From NCBI GenBank assembly GCA_964450605.1, contig CAYVEK010000001.1, positions 224,597 to 288,596 of the forward strand: 64,000 nucleotides of DNA. Direction: 5' to 3'. The stretch is from an uncultured Candidatus Saccharibacteria bacterium (lineage in GTDB: Bacteria > Patescibacteriota > Minisyncoccia > Phycocordibacterales > CAIZLB01). Below are positions 28,801-38,683 of the stretch, in pieces. The position numbers and the translations under genes were made by a program. How positions within the stretch are numbered: position 1 is the stretch's first letter; every line of letters begins with the position of its first letter. The notes under the pieces are model-generated. The model searched no databases, had not been told where the DNA came from, and saw nothing but the letters and a program-made list of their open reading frames with translations.

Positions 28801-29073
28801 ATGGCAACAAAAAAGGCGGCCGGATCGGCCAAAAACCTTAAAGATTCACAGCCAAAGTACTTGGGTGTAAAGCTGTATGCAGGAGAAAAAGCTTCTGCAG
28901 GAGCTATCATCGTCCGACAACGAGGAAGTAAAATCTTAGCCGGCGACGGAGTTAAAATGGGACGAGACCATACTCTGTACGCAGTTAAAGAAGGTACTGT
29001 ATCTTTCGGAACAAAACGAAAGATTCAGATCGACAACAAAGTGAAAGTTAAAAAAATCGTTCACGTAAAATAA
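28801..29073 (+). CDS. rpmA: 50S ribosomal protein L27
   Basis: 90 aa matching the L27 pattern ([17 protein letters not shown]...[25 protein letters not shown]...G.V.F). Confidence 0.9.
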   Translation: MATKKAAGSAKNLKDSQPKYLGVKLYAGEKASAGAIIVRQRGSKILAGDGVKMGRDHTLYAVKEGTVSFGTKRKIQIDNKVKVKKIVHVK

Positions 29074-29154
29074 TTTATTAAAAACCTAATACCTGTAACC
29101 CGTATCTCTACCTTATACGCCAGACAGATACGACCACGTATTAGTTAAAACACA

Positions 29155-30252
29155 ATGAGTACACAAGAAACTAACAAATTGATGACTGCACACTTTGCAG
29201 ACATCGCAAATCCTCCAAAAATCGGAGACGATATTGAAGGAAAAGTCATTACATTACACAAAAGTCGTCTATTCGTAGACCTTTCACCATTTGGTACAGG
29301 AGTTATCTTTGGTAAAGAGTTTATGATAGCTCGAGACATCATCCGAAAAGTAAATGCTGGTGATCTTATCACAGCAAAAGTTTGCGGATTTGATGATCAA
29401 GAAGGATATATAGAACTATCTCTAAAAGAAGCTAAACAAGCTCTTATCTGGAAAGAAGCTGAGCAAGCTGTTCTAGATAAAACAGCCTTTGATGTAGCAG
29501 TACAAGATGCAAACAAAGGTGGTCTTATGGTTACATGGCAAGGTATTCATGGATTCCTTCCTGCTTCACAGCTAAAACCTGAGCATTATCCAAAAGTTGA
29601 AGATGGAAACAAAGACAAGATACAAGATGAGCTTAAAAAGCTTATCGGACAAAAGATCTCTGTTACTATCATCACAGCTGACTCAAAAGAAGGAAAACTT
29701 ATCTTCTCAGAGAAAGGTATGGATGGTGCTGGAGCAAAAGGATTCAACGCTAAAGCACTTGAGATGAGTAGTAAATACTCTATCGGTGACGATGTTGATG
29801 GAGTTGTTACAGGTACAGTAGACTTCGGAGTATTTATCAAAATCAATGATGAGCTTGAGGGTCTAGCCCACATCTCAGAACTTGATTGGGGTCTAGTAGA
29901 AGATCCTCGAACTATCTTCAAAGTTGGTGATACTGTTAAAGCACGAATCATCGACGTAAAAGATGGAAAAGTATCTCTATCTCTAAAAGCTCGAAAAGAA
30001 AATCCTTGGAAAGCTGCAGCCGCTAAGTACAAAAAGGACGATGAGGTAACAGGAGTTATCATCAAGTTTAACCGACACGGAGCACTTGCAAGTGTTGAAG
30101 AAGGAGTTTCAGGTCTAGTTCACATCTCAGAGTTCGGCAACGAAGCTAAGATGAAAGAAAAGATCGAGATCGGAAAAAGTTATACATTTAAAATCAATAT
30201 GTTTGAGCCACGAGAACAGCGAATGACTCTGCATCTAGTTGAAAATAAATAG
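29155..30252 (+). CDS. rpsA: S1 RNA-binding domain protein (ribosomal protein S1-like, four S1 repeats)
   Basis: Repeated S1 motifs (GKVITLHKSRLFVDL, GLMVTWQGIHGFLP, GVVTGTVDFGVFIKI, GVIIKFNRHGALASV). 365 aa is shorter than the canonical six-repeat S1. Confidence 0.7.
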   Translation: MSTQETNKLMTAHFADIANPPKIGDDIEGKVITLHKSRLFVDLSPFGTGVIFGKEFMIARDIIRKVNAGDLITAKVCGFDDQEGYIELSLKEAKQALIWKEAEQAVLDKTAFDVAVQDANKGGLMVTWQGIHGFLPASQLKPEHYPKVEDGNKDKIQDELKKLIGQKISVTIITADSKEGKLIFSEKGMDGAGAKGFNAKALEMSSKYSIGDDVDGVVTGTVDFGVFIKINDELEGLAHISELDWGLVEDPRTIFKVGDTVKARIIDVKDGKVSLSLKARKENPWKAAAAKYKKDDEVTGVIIKFNRHGALASVEEGVSGLVHISEFGNEAKMKEKIEIGKSYTFKINMFEPREQRMTLHLVENK

Positions 30253-30322
30253 TCTATAAGACTACTAAAAGAAAAACCCGAGATATTGTCCCGGGTTTTT
30301 CTTTTGCTTGTATTGAGTTGTC

Positions 30323-30919
30323 TTACTTTGTATTCGCAAACTCCATAGCCTTAACCGGTCCGTCTTTGGCAAAGATGTGCAAAGTCTCTATAACCTTTTT
30401 AATGGCAGGTTGTAGGGCTTTCCACTCAGCATCTGTAAAAGTTCCCGTAACAAAGTTTGGCATTTTGTCGTGATTTGGCTTTCTCATAACACCTTCTTCG
30501 TCTGTAGGTATGATACCGATTTTTATACGGTAGTATTTTGTGGTTTTCAGCGTGTTATCTATAGAATCTAGACCTTTGTGTCCCGCAGAACCACGATCAT
30601 ATGTCATCTTTACAGTACCGATCGGCATGTCTATATCGTCATGAATAACAATGAGCTCTTTGTGCTCAGCGTCAGGTGACGTTTTTCCAAATAGTTTATG
30701 AATAGTTTTACCAGAATCATTCATATATGTTTGAGGTAAAACAAAAGTCACAGGAGTGCCCGAAAGGTCGCCTTTACCAATCAAAGCCTCAAAAAGTTTT
30801 TTGGAAACCATGTCTATTTCCTCACTATTGACAATGGTGGATATAATGTGTTCTCCTATGTTATGACGAGTTTTTGAGTACTCTGGTATGGGATTTCCTA
30901 GTCCTATGATGGTAAGCAT
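30323..30919 (-). CDS. pth: peptidyl-tRNA hydrolase
   Basis: GLGNP...TRHNIG N-terminal motif and overall Pth pattern (HDDIDMPIG, GHKGL). Confidence 0.85.
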   Translation of the reverse strand: MLTIIGLGNPIPEYSKTRHNIGEHIISTIVNSEEIDMVSKKLFEALIGKGDLSGTPVTFVLPQTYMNDSGKTIHKLFGKTSPDAEHKELIVIHDDIDMPIGTVKMTYDRGSAGHKGLDSIDNTLKTTKYYRIKIGIIPTDEEGVMRKPNHDKMPNFVTGTFTDAEWKALQPAIKKVIETLHIFAKDGPVKAMEFANTK

Positions 30920-30973
30920 ATATATGCTATAATAGGCGTATTAGCCTTAATTTGCAATAAATTTACAAATCCT

Positions 30974-31537
30974 ATGGATCAGACAGTTACAACAACAAAT
31001 ATACCCTCTCCTAGTACCTCAAAGCCTAAAAAAGATATGTCTTGGAGAACTTTTTTTATATATCTCCTTGTTGTTGTAGCTATACGCCTTTTTGTTCTTG
31101 AGCCACATAGTGTTTCAGGATCTTCTATGCTCGAGACTTTTCATGATAATGATTATCTATTCGTAGAGAAAGTGAGTTACCTATTTACAAACCCAAAACG
31201 AGGAGATGTTATCGTATTTAATCCACCTCTTGAGGAGCGAACGAGTGAACGTTTTATCAAACGAGTGATCGGTGTTCCTGGGGATTCTGTACGAGTACAA
31301 GATGGTGTAACTTACATTAACAATATTCCTCAAGCAGAACCTTTTGTAACACATCCAAGTAAAACCTCTGCATCAACTGTACTTGGTCAAGATCAGTACT
31401 TTGTCATGGGAGACAACAGAGCAGGTAGTTACGATTCACGAAGTTGGGGACCTATCACAAAATCAGAAATAAAAGGACAAGTACTTTTGAGACTATACCC
31501 TTTTAGTAACATAAACATATTTCCTGGAAAAAATTAA
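30974..31537 (+). CDS. lepB: signal peptidase I
   Basis: TM anchor, catalytic Ser box (GSSMLETF), RGDVIVF, KRVIGVPGD and GDNRAGSYDSRSWGPI boxes. Confidence 0.8.
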   Translation: MDQTVTTTNIPSPSTSKPKKDMSWRTFFIYLLVVVAIRLFVLEPHSVSGSSMLETFHDNDYLFVEKVSYLFTNPKRGDVIVFNPPLEERTSERFIKRVIGVPGDSVRVQDGVTYINNIPQAEPFVTHPSKTSASTVLGQDQYFVMGDNRAGSYDSRSWGPITKSEIKGQVLLRLYPFSNINIFPGKN

Positions 31538-31546
31538 TACAAATAT

Positions 31547-32734
31547 ATGAAAGCAATTAAAAAAGAACAGAAACCAGTAGAAAAAATATACGTAGTAGAA
31601 GAACATGCGCAGGTATATAAAACGCTTCAACACTTTGGTTTCTCCGCTACATATAAACCAACAACTACAAATTTGGAAGAAAAACTCGTCTCAAAGAAAA
31701 CAGAGTTATCTTTTCTTACAGATAGTTTAGCGATACAAAGAGGAGTTCTTGATAAATCATTTTACTCTTTCAACTTCCCTGTTCATCTTGGATATTCAGT
31801 AGACAAAGATACATATCGATATCACATTGTTGGTACAAAGAAAAATATATATGACGCATTAGCTATCGAGGCTGGATACAGTATCTTACAAGAGCTTCTA
31901 GGTGCTAGAAAAGAGATACTTGTTGAAATAAACTATATTGGCGACAAAGAATCTGTACAACGATTTACAAAAGAGTTGCAAAACTTTTTCAAGAAGAATG
32001 TAACTGTTGTACCTAAAAACATATTAGCTACTGCAAAAAAAGATCTAATCAGTGCATATAAAGAACTAAAAGGTGTAGAAATAAAACCTAAAGCCCCTAA
32101 AAAAGGTGGTGAACCTGAGCCAGTTGTTGTTCCAAATCCTATAGACTACCTAAGTGAAGAGTCTCGAAAAGAATTTAAAGAGATACTTGAATATGTAGAA
32201 AGTCTTGATATGAATTTTCAGATTCAACCATTCTTATTTGAATCACCTGATGTTGTAAGTGGTGTTATATTTAACATTCACGAGATGGAAGATGGCAGTA
32301 AAGGTGCTTTATCGGTTGTTGGTGTTCGAAATGATATTCTGGGGAAAAAAGTATTAAACAAAAAAGAAGTTCCTACTATATCTGTAGAAGTACGAGGTCT
32401 TAAAAAAGTTTCAAAACCCACTCGAACAATTAAGATAACAACTCATACAGAAGTAAAATTCTTCTATGCACAACTTGGTCCTGAGGCGCGATTTAAAACT
32501 CTTAAAGTTATAGACATGATGCGCTGTGCAAAAATACCAGTTCATCACGCTATTTCAAAAGAAAAGATCAGTGCTCAACTAGCACACGCAGAAAAACTCA
32601 ATGTTCCCTACCTTCTTCTTGTAGGACACAGAGAGGCGCTACAAAATCAAGTTACCGTTCGAAATATGAGAAACCTATCTCAAGAATCTGTAGAACTAAA
32701 TAATCTTATCGACTATCTTAAAAAATTACTTTAA
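31547..32734 (+). CDS. class II aminoacyl-tRNA synthetase-like protein (HisRS/HisZ-like) with degenerate catalytic motifs and retained C-terminal anticodon-binding domain
   Basis: The C-terminus (KIPVHHAISKEKISAQLAHAEKLNVPYLLLVGHREALQNQVTVRNM) fits the HGTP anticodon-binding domain. A motif-3-like segment (VVGVRNDILGKK...VPTISVEVRGL) parallels the HisRS GGRYD..L...P.VGFA.G.ER pattern, but the motif 2 arginines are not recognisable. Confidence 0.35.
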   Translation: MKAIKKEQKPVEKIYVVEEHAQVYKTLQHFGFSATYKPTTTNLEEKLVSKKTELSFLTDSLAIQRGVLDKSFYSFNFPVHLGYSVDKDTYRYHIVGTKKNIYDALAIEAGYSILQELLGARKEILVEINYIGDKESVQRFTKELQNFFKKNVTVVPKNILATAKKDLISAYKELKGVEIKPKAPKKGGEPEPVVVPNPIDYLSEESRKEFKEILEYVESLDMNFQIQPFLFESPDVVSGVIFNIHEMEDGSKGALSVVGVRNDILGKKVLNKKEVPTISVEVRGLKKVSKPTRTIKITTHTEVKFFYAQLGPEARFKTLKVIDMMRCAKIPVHHAISKEKISAQLAHAEKLNVPYLLLVGHREALQNQVTVRNMRNLSQESVELNNLIDYLKKLL

Positions 32735-32743
32735 AAACTTTAT

Positions 32744-34750
32744 ATGGCAAGCTTTCAAGGAACTTTAACACTTAATATGCGAGGTATGGGCTATGTGCGA
32801 ATACCTGGCGAGAGAAAATCAGACGACAAAACAATAGTCGTACAACCACAATTTGTTCTTGGAGCGCTTCCATATGATACAGTTGAAGTACAAACATTTC
32901 CTGAGCCAAATAGACGAGGTGAAATAGAAGGAAAAATCACAAAAATCATAGAACGAAACACTTCTGCTTTTGTAGCAGTCATAACTGAAGAAGACGGAAA
33001 ACATATCACTGCACGTCCCGACAATCAAAAACTCTCTTGTCGTTTTCAGATGGCACGCCCTCACATACACGCAACAGAGCTTTCTCGAGAACCTGAAGTT
33101 GGAGACAAAATTCTTGTACACATCGATTGGAATATTGAACCAAAAATAACTATAACAAAAACAGTAACACCTGAAGGATATCCTCGAACAGAAGTTGAGC
33201 GAGTATTCTTTGGACATATTCAAAAGATTTTTGGTAAACACGGTGAACACAATGTTGAGATGGAGGCCATCGTTGCTAGTGCGGGATTTGAAATAGGACA
33301 CAGTACCGAAATAGAAAAAGAAGCATCAGAAAGTGTGCAGAAACATGGCGCCCTAACTGCAGACGAACTCAAACTACGCCGTGATATGCGTACAGTATGG
33401 ACATGCACTATTGATCCTATAGATGCAAAAGACTTTGACGATGCCTTGTCATATAGAACACTTGATAATGGAAATGTAGAAATAGGTATACACATTGCTG
33501 ACGTATCACATTTTGTACGAGAAGGAACACTTCTTGATAAAGAAGCGCGGAAGAGAGCCTTCTCTGTATATCTTGTTGATCGAACTATACCTATGCTTCC
33601 TGAAGTTCTTTCAAATGGAATGTGCAGTCTAAATCCAAATGAAGATCGTTTTGCATTTTCTGCCGTATTTGAAATGAATCAAGAAGGACATATTATATCT
33701 CGTTGGTTTGGAAAAACTGTAATACATTCAGATAAACGATTTAACTACGAAGAAGCATACGAAGTTCTACAATCAAGTGACACATCTGTCTTTCCTGCCC
33801 TATTTGAACTCGCAAAGTTTGGTAGAATATTTGCCAAGAAAAGAAAAGCTGACGGTGCTATAGATTTTGAAAGTGATGAGATTAAGTTTACACTCGATGA
33901 AAAAGGAGTACCTGTTGCGGTATACAAAAAACAACGAGTAGAAACACATCATCTTGTTGAAGAGTTCATGCTTTTGGCAAACAAAGAGGTTGCTGAATAT
34001 GTGTTTAAACATTTTCTTGATGGAGGCAAAAAACTTCCCGGAGTATATCGAGTGCACGACCTACCAGATCCAGAGCGTATCAGCGAACTTGAGATATTGG
34101 TAAATGCCCTAGGTCTACATTTTCATCCTGGCAAAAAGATACACGCAAAAGATATACAAAAGCTTCTAGAACAGGCATCTGGACACCCCGCAGAAGCCAC
34201 TATAAAGACCTCTACACTGCGTTCTATGGCCAAAGCGGCATATGACACAGTCAATACAGGACACTTTGGTTTAGCCTTTGAATACTACACCCACTTCACC
34301 TCACCGATACGACGATACCCTGACCTGTCAGTTCACCGAATATTACAAAAAGTCTTAACTCATGAACATCCTTCACAAAACTTTTTAGCATCTCTTAAAC
34401 CTATTTGTGAAAACTCATCAGCTCAAGAAATAAAAGCTGCTGAAGCAGAGCGTGCAAGTGTTAAATATAAACAAGTTGAGTACATGTCTTATAAGATAGG
34501 ACAAGAATTTCTAGTGACAATATCTGGTGTTGCTGACTATGGACTATTTTTACAAGAACCAGAATCTCTGGCTGAGGGATTAGTTAAATTAAAAGATCTA
34601 GGAACTGATTTTTATCAAGTTGATACAAAAGCGTTTCGAGTTGTTGGACAAAATACAGGCAAGGTATATAACCTCGGAGACAAGTTGCGAGTTAAACTTA
34701 AAGGAGCTGATCTTGATTTAAAGACATTGGATTTTGAGGTTTTGGGGTAA
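32744..34750 (+). CDS. rnr: ribonuclease R (RNB family 3'-5' exoribonuclease)
   Basis: N-terminal OB/cold-shock-like region, an RNB catalytic domain with the DPIDAKDFDDALS...IHIADVSHFV motif, and a C-terminal S1 domain. Confidence 0.8.
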   Translation: MASFQGTLTLNMRGMGYVRIPGERKSDDKTIVVQPQFVLGALPYDTVEVQTFPEPNRRGEIEGKITKIIERNTSAFVAVITEEDGKHITARPDNQKLSCRFQMARPHIHATELSREPEVGDKILVHIDWNIEPKITITKTVTPEGYPRTEVERVFFGHIQKIFGKHGEHNVEMEAIVASAGFEIGHSTEIEKEASESVQKHGALTADELKLRRDMRTVWTCTIDPIDAKDFDDALSYRTLDNGNVEIGIHIADVSHFVREGTLLDKEARKRAFSVYLVDRTIPMLPEVLSNGMCSLNPNEDRFAFSAVFEMNQEGHIISRWFGKTVIHSDKRFNYEEAYEVLQSSDTSVFPALFELAKFGRIFAKKRKADGAIDFESDEIKFTLDEKGVPVAVYKKQRVETHHLVEEFMLLANKEVAEYVFKHFLDGGKKLPGVYRVHDLPDPERISELEILVNALGLHFHPGKKIHAKDIQKLLEQASGHPAEATIKTSTLRSMAKAAYDTVNTGHFGLAFEYYTHFTSPIRRYPDLSVHRILQKVLTHEHPSQNFLASLKPICENSSAQEIKAAEAERASVKYKQVEYMSYKIGQEFLVTISGVADYGLFLQEPESLAEGLVKLKDLGTDFYQVDTKAFRVVGQNTGKVYNLGDKLRVKLKGADLDLKTLDFEVLG

Positions 34751-34838
34751 TGGTTTTTGAAAACATGTAGGGGGTTTGATCGATTGCTTGACTTTTAACC
34801 ATATATACTTTATAAAGTATATGCACTTTAACACCGCC

Positions 34839-35225
34839 ATGAAAACACTCATTCTGTTAGTTGTCGGAGCTACTGCTCTCCTCGTCCAATGGAGCTTAAC
34901 CAAACCCTCTTCTGGCAGCAAACCTCAGCCCAAAAGGCTGATCTACACAACCGATCCGGACAAGCAAGTTTTCCGGAAAAATCCACATGGTAAGTTTGAG
35001 CAAGTCGGTGAACCTATCACGGACTTTTCTCAGCCCCTTTTCTTCCAGCGGAAGGTTTGGGGTGGACTTTTGTCCATCTATGTTCCGATTATTCGGCAGT
35101 GTGATTTGAGGAATATCGTATTCGAGGCAGAGCTCGGAAACGGAAACCGTCCCGAAACTCTCGACCAAGGGATTGCTCGGATTAAAAGCCTCGCTCCCTG
35201 GATCGAGGTCAGGGTAAACCTGTAA
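34839..35225 (+). CDS. hypothetical secreted protein (GC-rich islet gene)
   Basis: Signal-peptide-like N-terminus (MKTLILLVVGATALLVQWSL). GC-rich. Followed by a nested GC hairpin plus T-run that also serves the convergent smc. The track's ORF start (34776) is trimmed to the Met preceding the signal peptide. Confidence 0.35.
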   Translation: MKTLILLVVGATALLVQWSLTKPSSGSKPQPKRLIYTTDPDKQVFRKNPHGKFEQVGEPITDFSQPLFFQRKVWGGLLSIYVPIIRQCDLRNIVFEAELGNGNRPETLDQGIARIKSLAPWIEVRVNL

Positions 35226-35287
35226 CCCCCAGCCTCACGCACCCCACCCACCGACGTTCAATCCGTCGGCTCGGGTGGTTTTTTCTT

Positions 35288-37591
35288 TTACTTCGCCACC
35301 GCAGCCGCCTCCTCAAACCCAATAGACAGCAACTGAGAAAAACCAGATCCGCCCATGGTCACTCCGTACAACACTCCGGCTCGTGACATAGTCTCTCTGT
35401 TATGTGTTACCAAGATAAGTTGTGAATGTTTACTCAATAGTTCTATCATATCTCCATATCGTCTTGAGTTCGCTTCATCGAGCGCGGCATCTGTTTCATC
35501 GAGAATGATAAATGGTGGCGGATTTACCTGACTCATAGCAAAGAGGAGTGCGATAGATGTCAAAGCTCTTTCACCTCCTGAAAGCATAGACAAGCCTTTA
35601 AGTTTCTTGTGTGGCAAAGATACGAACACATCAATACCGATCTCAACAGGAGAAGTTTCGTCATCTTCCATATCCATCTCGCCTTCTTCGTCATCTATAT
35701 CTGTCATTTTCTTTTTCTTTTTTCGCTCTTCCGTTATTACTAGTTTTGCTTCACCACCTCCAAACATTTGTTTAAAGAATGCTCCAAATTCTTTATTTAT
35801 TTTTTCAACACCTTCAGTAAACATTGATTTTAATTGTTCACTTACTTCAGCAATAAGTACTTCAAGATCAGCTAGGGATTTTGTTAAATCTTCCAACTCA
35901 TTTAAAAGAAAAGCGTCTCGTTCTTCGGTTTCGGTGTATTCTTTCATCAAAGCTTCATCGCCGGCACCTCCCAACTCTTCCAGACGAATCTTGTATTTTT
36001 CTATAGTATGAAGTTTTTCTTGCTGTACTCGTCTGTCAACCGTCTCGTCAAGTACAACGTCATCATATCGAAGCGCTTGCACTCCGATCAATACGCCTGC
36101 TTCCATCATTTCTTTTTCATATGCTTCTTTTCGACTGATATATACATCTTCTTGCATCTTGATCTTATCCAAGATGGCAGTAAGCTCATGTTGTCGAGAC
36201 ATAATTTTTAGCAATTCTTTTTCGGCCTCTACGTTTTTTTCTTTTTCAGCTTCTATCTCTTTTTTTGCCTCCTCATAATCTCGCAACACCTCCTGCTCAT
36301 GAGATCCTGCTTGTGCAATCTTTTGTTCAACTTCTTTTACAAGAGTTTGAATACGAAGCAACTCAGATTCTTCTTCAGTTGTATCATATCGAGAGACATC
36401 AACTGAGCTTTTACTTTTTTGGGCTTGTACATAAGAATCACACTCATGAACAAGATCTTGTGATGCTTTTTTAGCCTCTTCAAAAGAAGCATAATTACCA
36501 ACCGCAATATCATGCAAAACAGTTTTAATCTTTTTAACCAACACCTCAACTTCTCGAAGAGAGACCTGTACATCAGGTGAAGACTCTTCTTCTGCACGAA
36601 GAGCCTCAGCCTTTTTCTTTTCTATAGAACGGCTGATATATGTTATCTCTCCTTCATATCGTCCTATCTCTCGAGAATATGCATCTTTAGCAGATCGTGC
36701 GTCTCGTAACTTTCCTTCCAAAACAAACAGTCTGTCTGTACCAGCGTTTTGACTTTCGTTTTGAGCTAGGAGTTTTTTTGTTTCTGTCAATCGCTCTGTC
36801 AAGTTTTTGTACTCTGTATCAGGTTCTACACGAGCAGTTTTAAATTCTTGCTCTTCTTGTGCAAGCACTCGAGCTTCATGCGCAAAATATACCTTATACA
36901 GCTCTGTGAGTTCTCCTCGAACTTCTTTTGCTTTCTCGAGTTTTTCTACCTGCTTTTTCAGGAAGCGGATATGTGGGGCAAGTTCACGTCGAAGTGATTC
37001 CACCTCCTTCATATGTTCACGAGTTTTATCAAGACGCTTTTCAGCCTCTTCTTTTTTGTATTGATACACCTTAAGACCAAGAGCATCCTCGATCATCTCT
37101 CGACGCTCTTTATTTGATGAAGATAAAAGTCTATCAGCTTCTCCTTGAGATATGATATGGTGTCCTGAAGCACCAATGTTCGCCTCTGCTAAGAGTTCTG
37201 ATATATCTTTGAGACGCACCGCAGAGCCGTTTATCATGTATTCGTTTGTACCATCTCGGTTCACAGCACGTTCTATAACCACCTCATCAAAACTAGTTGT
37301 GTTAAAAAGACGTCTGTCATCAGACTGTAAACTATTATCAAAAACAACTTTCACATGAGCACGGTTTGAACGAGACAAATCTTTTCCACCATTAAATATC
37401 ATGTCCTCACCTTTCTTTCCTCGCATACTTTTTATAGACTGCTCACCGAGTACAAAACGAAAAGCTTCAACCACATTTGACTTACCAGAACCGTTGGGCC
37501 CAACAACACCAGTGATAGAAGTTGTAAATGTTAAATCAGCTTTTTTAGCAAATGATTTAAATCCATTTATATGGAGAGATTTTAACCGCAT
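35288..37591 (-). CDS. smc: SMC-family chromosome segregation ATPase (short, 767 aa)
   Basis: N-terminal Walker A (GPNGSGKSN) in an SMC head context (LHINGFKSF...VVEAFRFVLGEQS), long coiled coils, and a C-terminal signature plus Walker B (LSGGERALTSIALLFAM...ILDETDAALD). No clear hinge glycine motifs. Confidence 0.7.
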   Translation of the reverse strand: MRLKSLHINGFKSFAKKADLTFTTSITGVVGPNGSGKSNVVEAFRFVLGEQSIKSMRGKKGEDMIFNGGKDLSRSNRAHVKVVFDNSLQSDDRRLFNTTSFDEVVIERAVNRDGTNEYMINGSAVRLKDISELLAEANIGASGHHIISQGEADRLLSSSNKERREMIEDALGLKVYQYKKEEAEKRLDKTREHMKEVESLRRELAPHIRFLKKQVEKLEKAKEVRGELTELYKVYFAHEARVLAQEEQEFKTARVEPDTEYKNLTERLTETKKLLAQNESQNAGTDRLFVLEGKLRDARSAKDAYSREIGRYEGEITYISRSIEKKKAEALRAEEESSPDVQVSLREVEVLVKKIKTVLHDIAVGNYASFEEAKKASQDLVHECDSYVQAQKSKSSVDVSRYDTTEEESELLRIQTLVKEVEQKIAQAGSHEQEVLRDYEEAKKEIEAEKEKNVEAEKELLKIMSRQHELTAILDKIKMQEDVYISRKEAYEKEMMEAGVLIGVQALRYDDVVLDETVDRRVQQEKLHTIEKYKIRLEELGGAGDEALMKEYTETEERDAFLLNELEDLTKSLADLEVLIAEVSEQLKSMFTEGVEKINKEFGAFFKQMFGGGEAKLVITEERKKKKKMTDIDDEEGEMDMEDDETSPVEIGIDVFVSLPHKKLKGLSMLSGGERALTSIALLFAMSQVNPPPFIILDETDAALDEANSRRYGDMIELLSKHSQLILVTHNRETMSRAGVLYGVTMGGSGFSQLLSIGFEEAAAVAK

Positions 37592-37787
37592 ATATAAAAT
37601 ATTATACCGTATCTATATATAAAAACATATCTATATATGTGAAAAACACATCTCTAGTATTGCTACTATCGATGTGTTTTTCATGTACTTGACTTGTTAA
37701 GATTGCTCTCATCAACTCAAGTACTTATGTAGTATAACCTTCTGTATGATTATTGCAACATAGACACATACATATTTATGTTGCATA

Positions 37788-38669
37788 TTACCAACCACCA
37801 CTCGCACCACCTCCACCAGATGAACCACCCCCTCCTGAAAAACCTCCAAAACTTCCTCCCCCGCCCCCAGTTCCACCCATCCAAAAACCTCCCCCTCGCC
37901 GGGATTTCCAACCCTTAAATAATTTTTTACCTACAGGGCCGGATATAAACCAATCCAACAAAATACCTACAAAAATAAACCCGAACATGAAGATATTTAA
38001 GGTTATGATATATCCAATAACACCGAGTACTGCCCCAAAAATACCTCCCGCAACCACAGACTTACTCTTAGACATGAAAAACAGAAAATGAATTATTACT
38101 TGCAAGCCTATAAAAATCAAAGCAAGTACTGTTTCCATGCTAGTCTTACTACCACCGTCTTGAGTGTACACCTCTCCATTATCAAGAGTCTCTATAATCT
38201 TATCAACACCTTTTGTTATACCTTCAGCATATTTTTCAGCCACAAATTCTGGCGCGATAGTATCTCGTATAATACGACCAGCAAGTATGTCAGGTAGGAC
38301 CGGCTCAAGGCCATATCCAACTTCAATACGCATTTTGCGATCTTTAACTGCAACCAATAATAGTACCCCATTATTATTTCCTTTTGTGCCGAGACCGTTT
38401 TCATTAAAGATATTGTAAGCCTCAGTCTCCACAGTCTCACCGCTTGGAAGTTCTGGAATAGTCACCACAGCAATCTGGTCTCCTTTTTTATCCTGAAAAT
38501 CTTTTAGTTTTTGCTCAAGAACTGTCTCGACATCTGGCGTCAGAATATTTGCCTGATCAGTTACATGAGCGGAAAGCATGCCGACAGATGAAGCTTTGGC
38601 TGTGGTCCCAAAATAAGCAAACAAAAAACCACAGAAGCATATATAAACTATGTACTGCAGTTTTTTCAT
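37788..38669 (-). CDS. TPM domain protein (YgcG-like) with Gly-rich C-terminal tail
   Basis: Signal peptide/TM, then the TPM consensus (VTDQANILTP...QIAVVTIPEL...GVLLLVAVKDRKMRIEVGYGLEPVL), TM helices and a GGGGS-rich tail. Confidence 0.65.
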   Translation of the reverse strand: MKKLQYIVYICFCGFLFAYFGTTAKASSVGMLSAHVTDQANILTPDVETVLEQKLKDFQDKKGDQIAVVTIPELPSGETVETEAYNIFNENGLGTKGNNNGVLLLVAVKDRKMRIEVGYGLEPVLPDILAGRIIRDTIAPEFVAEKYAEGITKGVDKIIETLDNGEVYTQDGGSKTSMETVLALIFIGLQVIIHFLFFMSKSKSVVAGGIFGAVLGVIGYIITLNIFMFGFIFVGILLDWFISGPVGKKLFKGWKSRRGGGFWMGGTGGGGGSFGGFSGGGGSSGGGGASGGW

Positions 38670-38683
38670 ACGTTTTTATATCT

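Noticed and set aside
37753-38091. Pro-rich 112-aa plus-strand ORF
   Set aside because: It is the antisense reading of the Gly-rich C-terminal tail of the minus-strand TPM gene (GGN codons read as NCC). The TPM protein has a strong domain match and the antisense frame does not.
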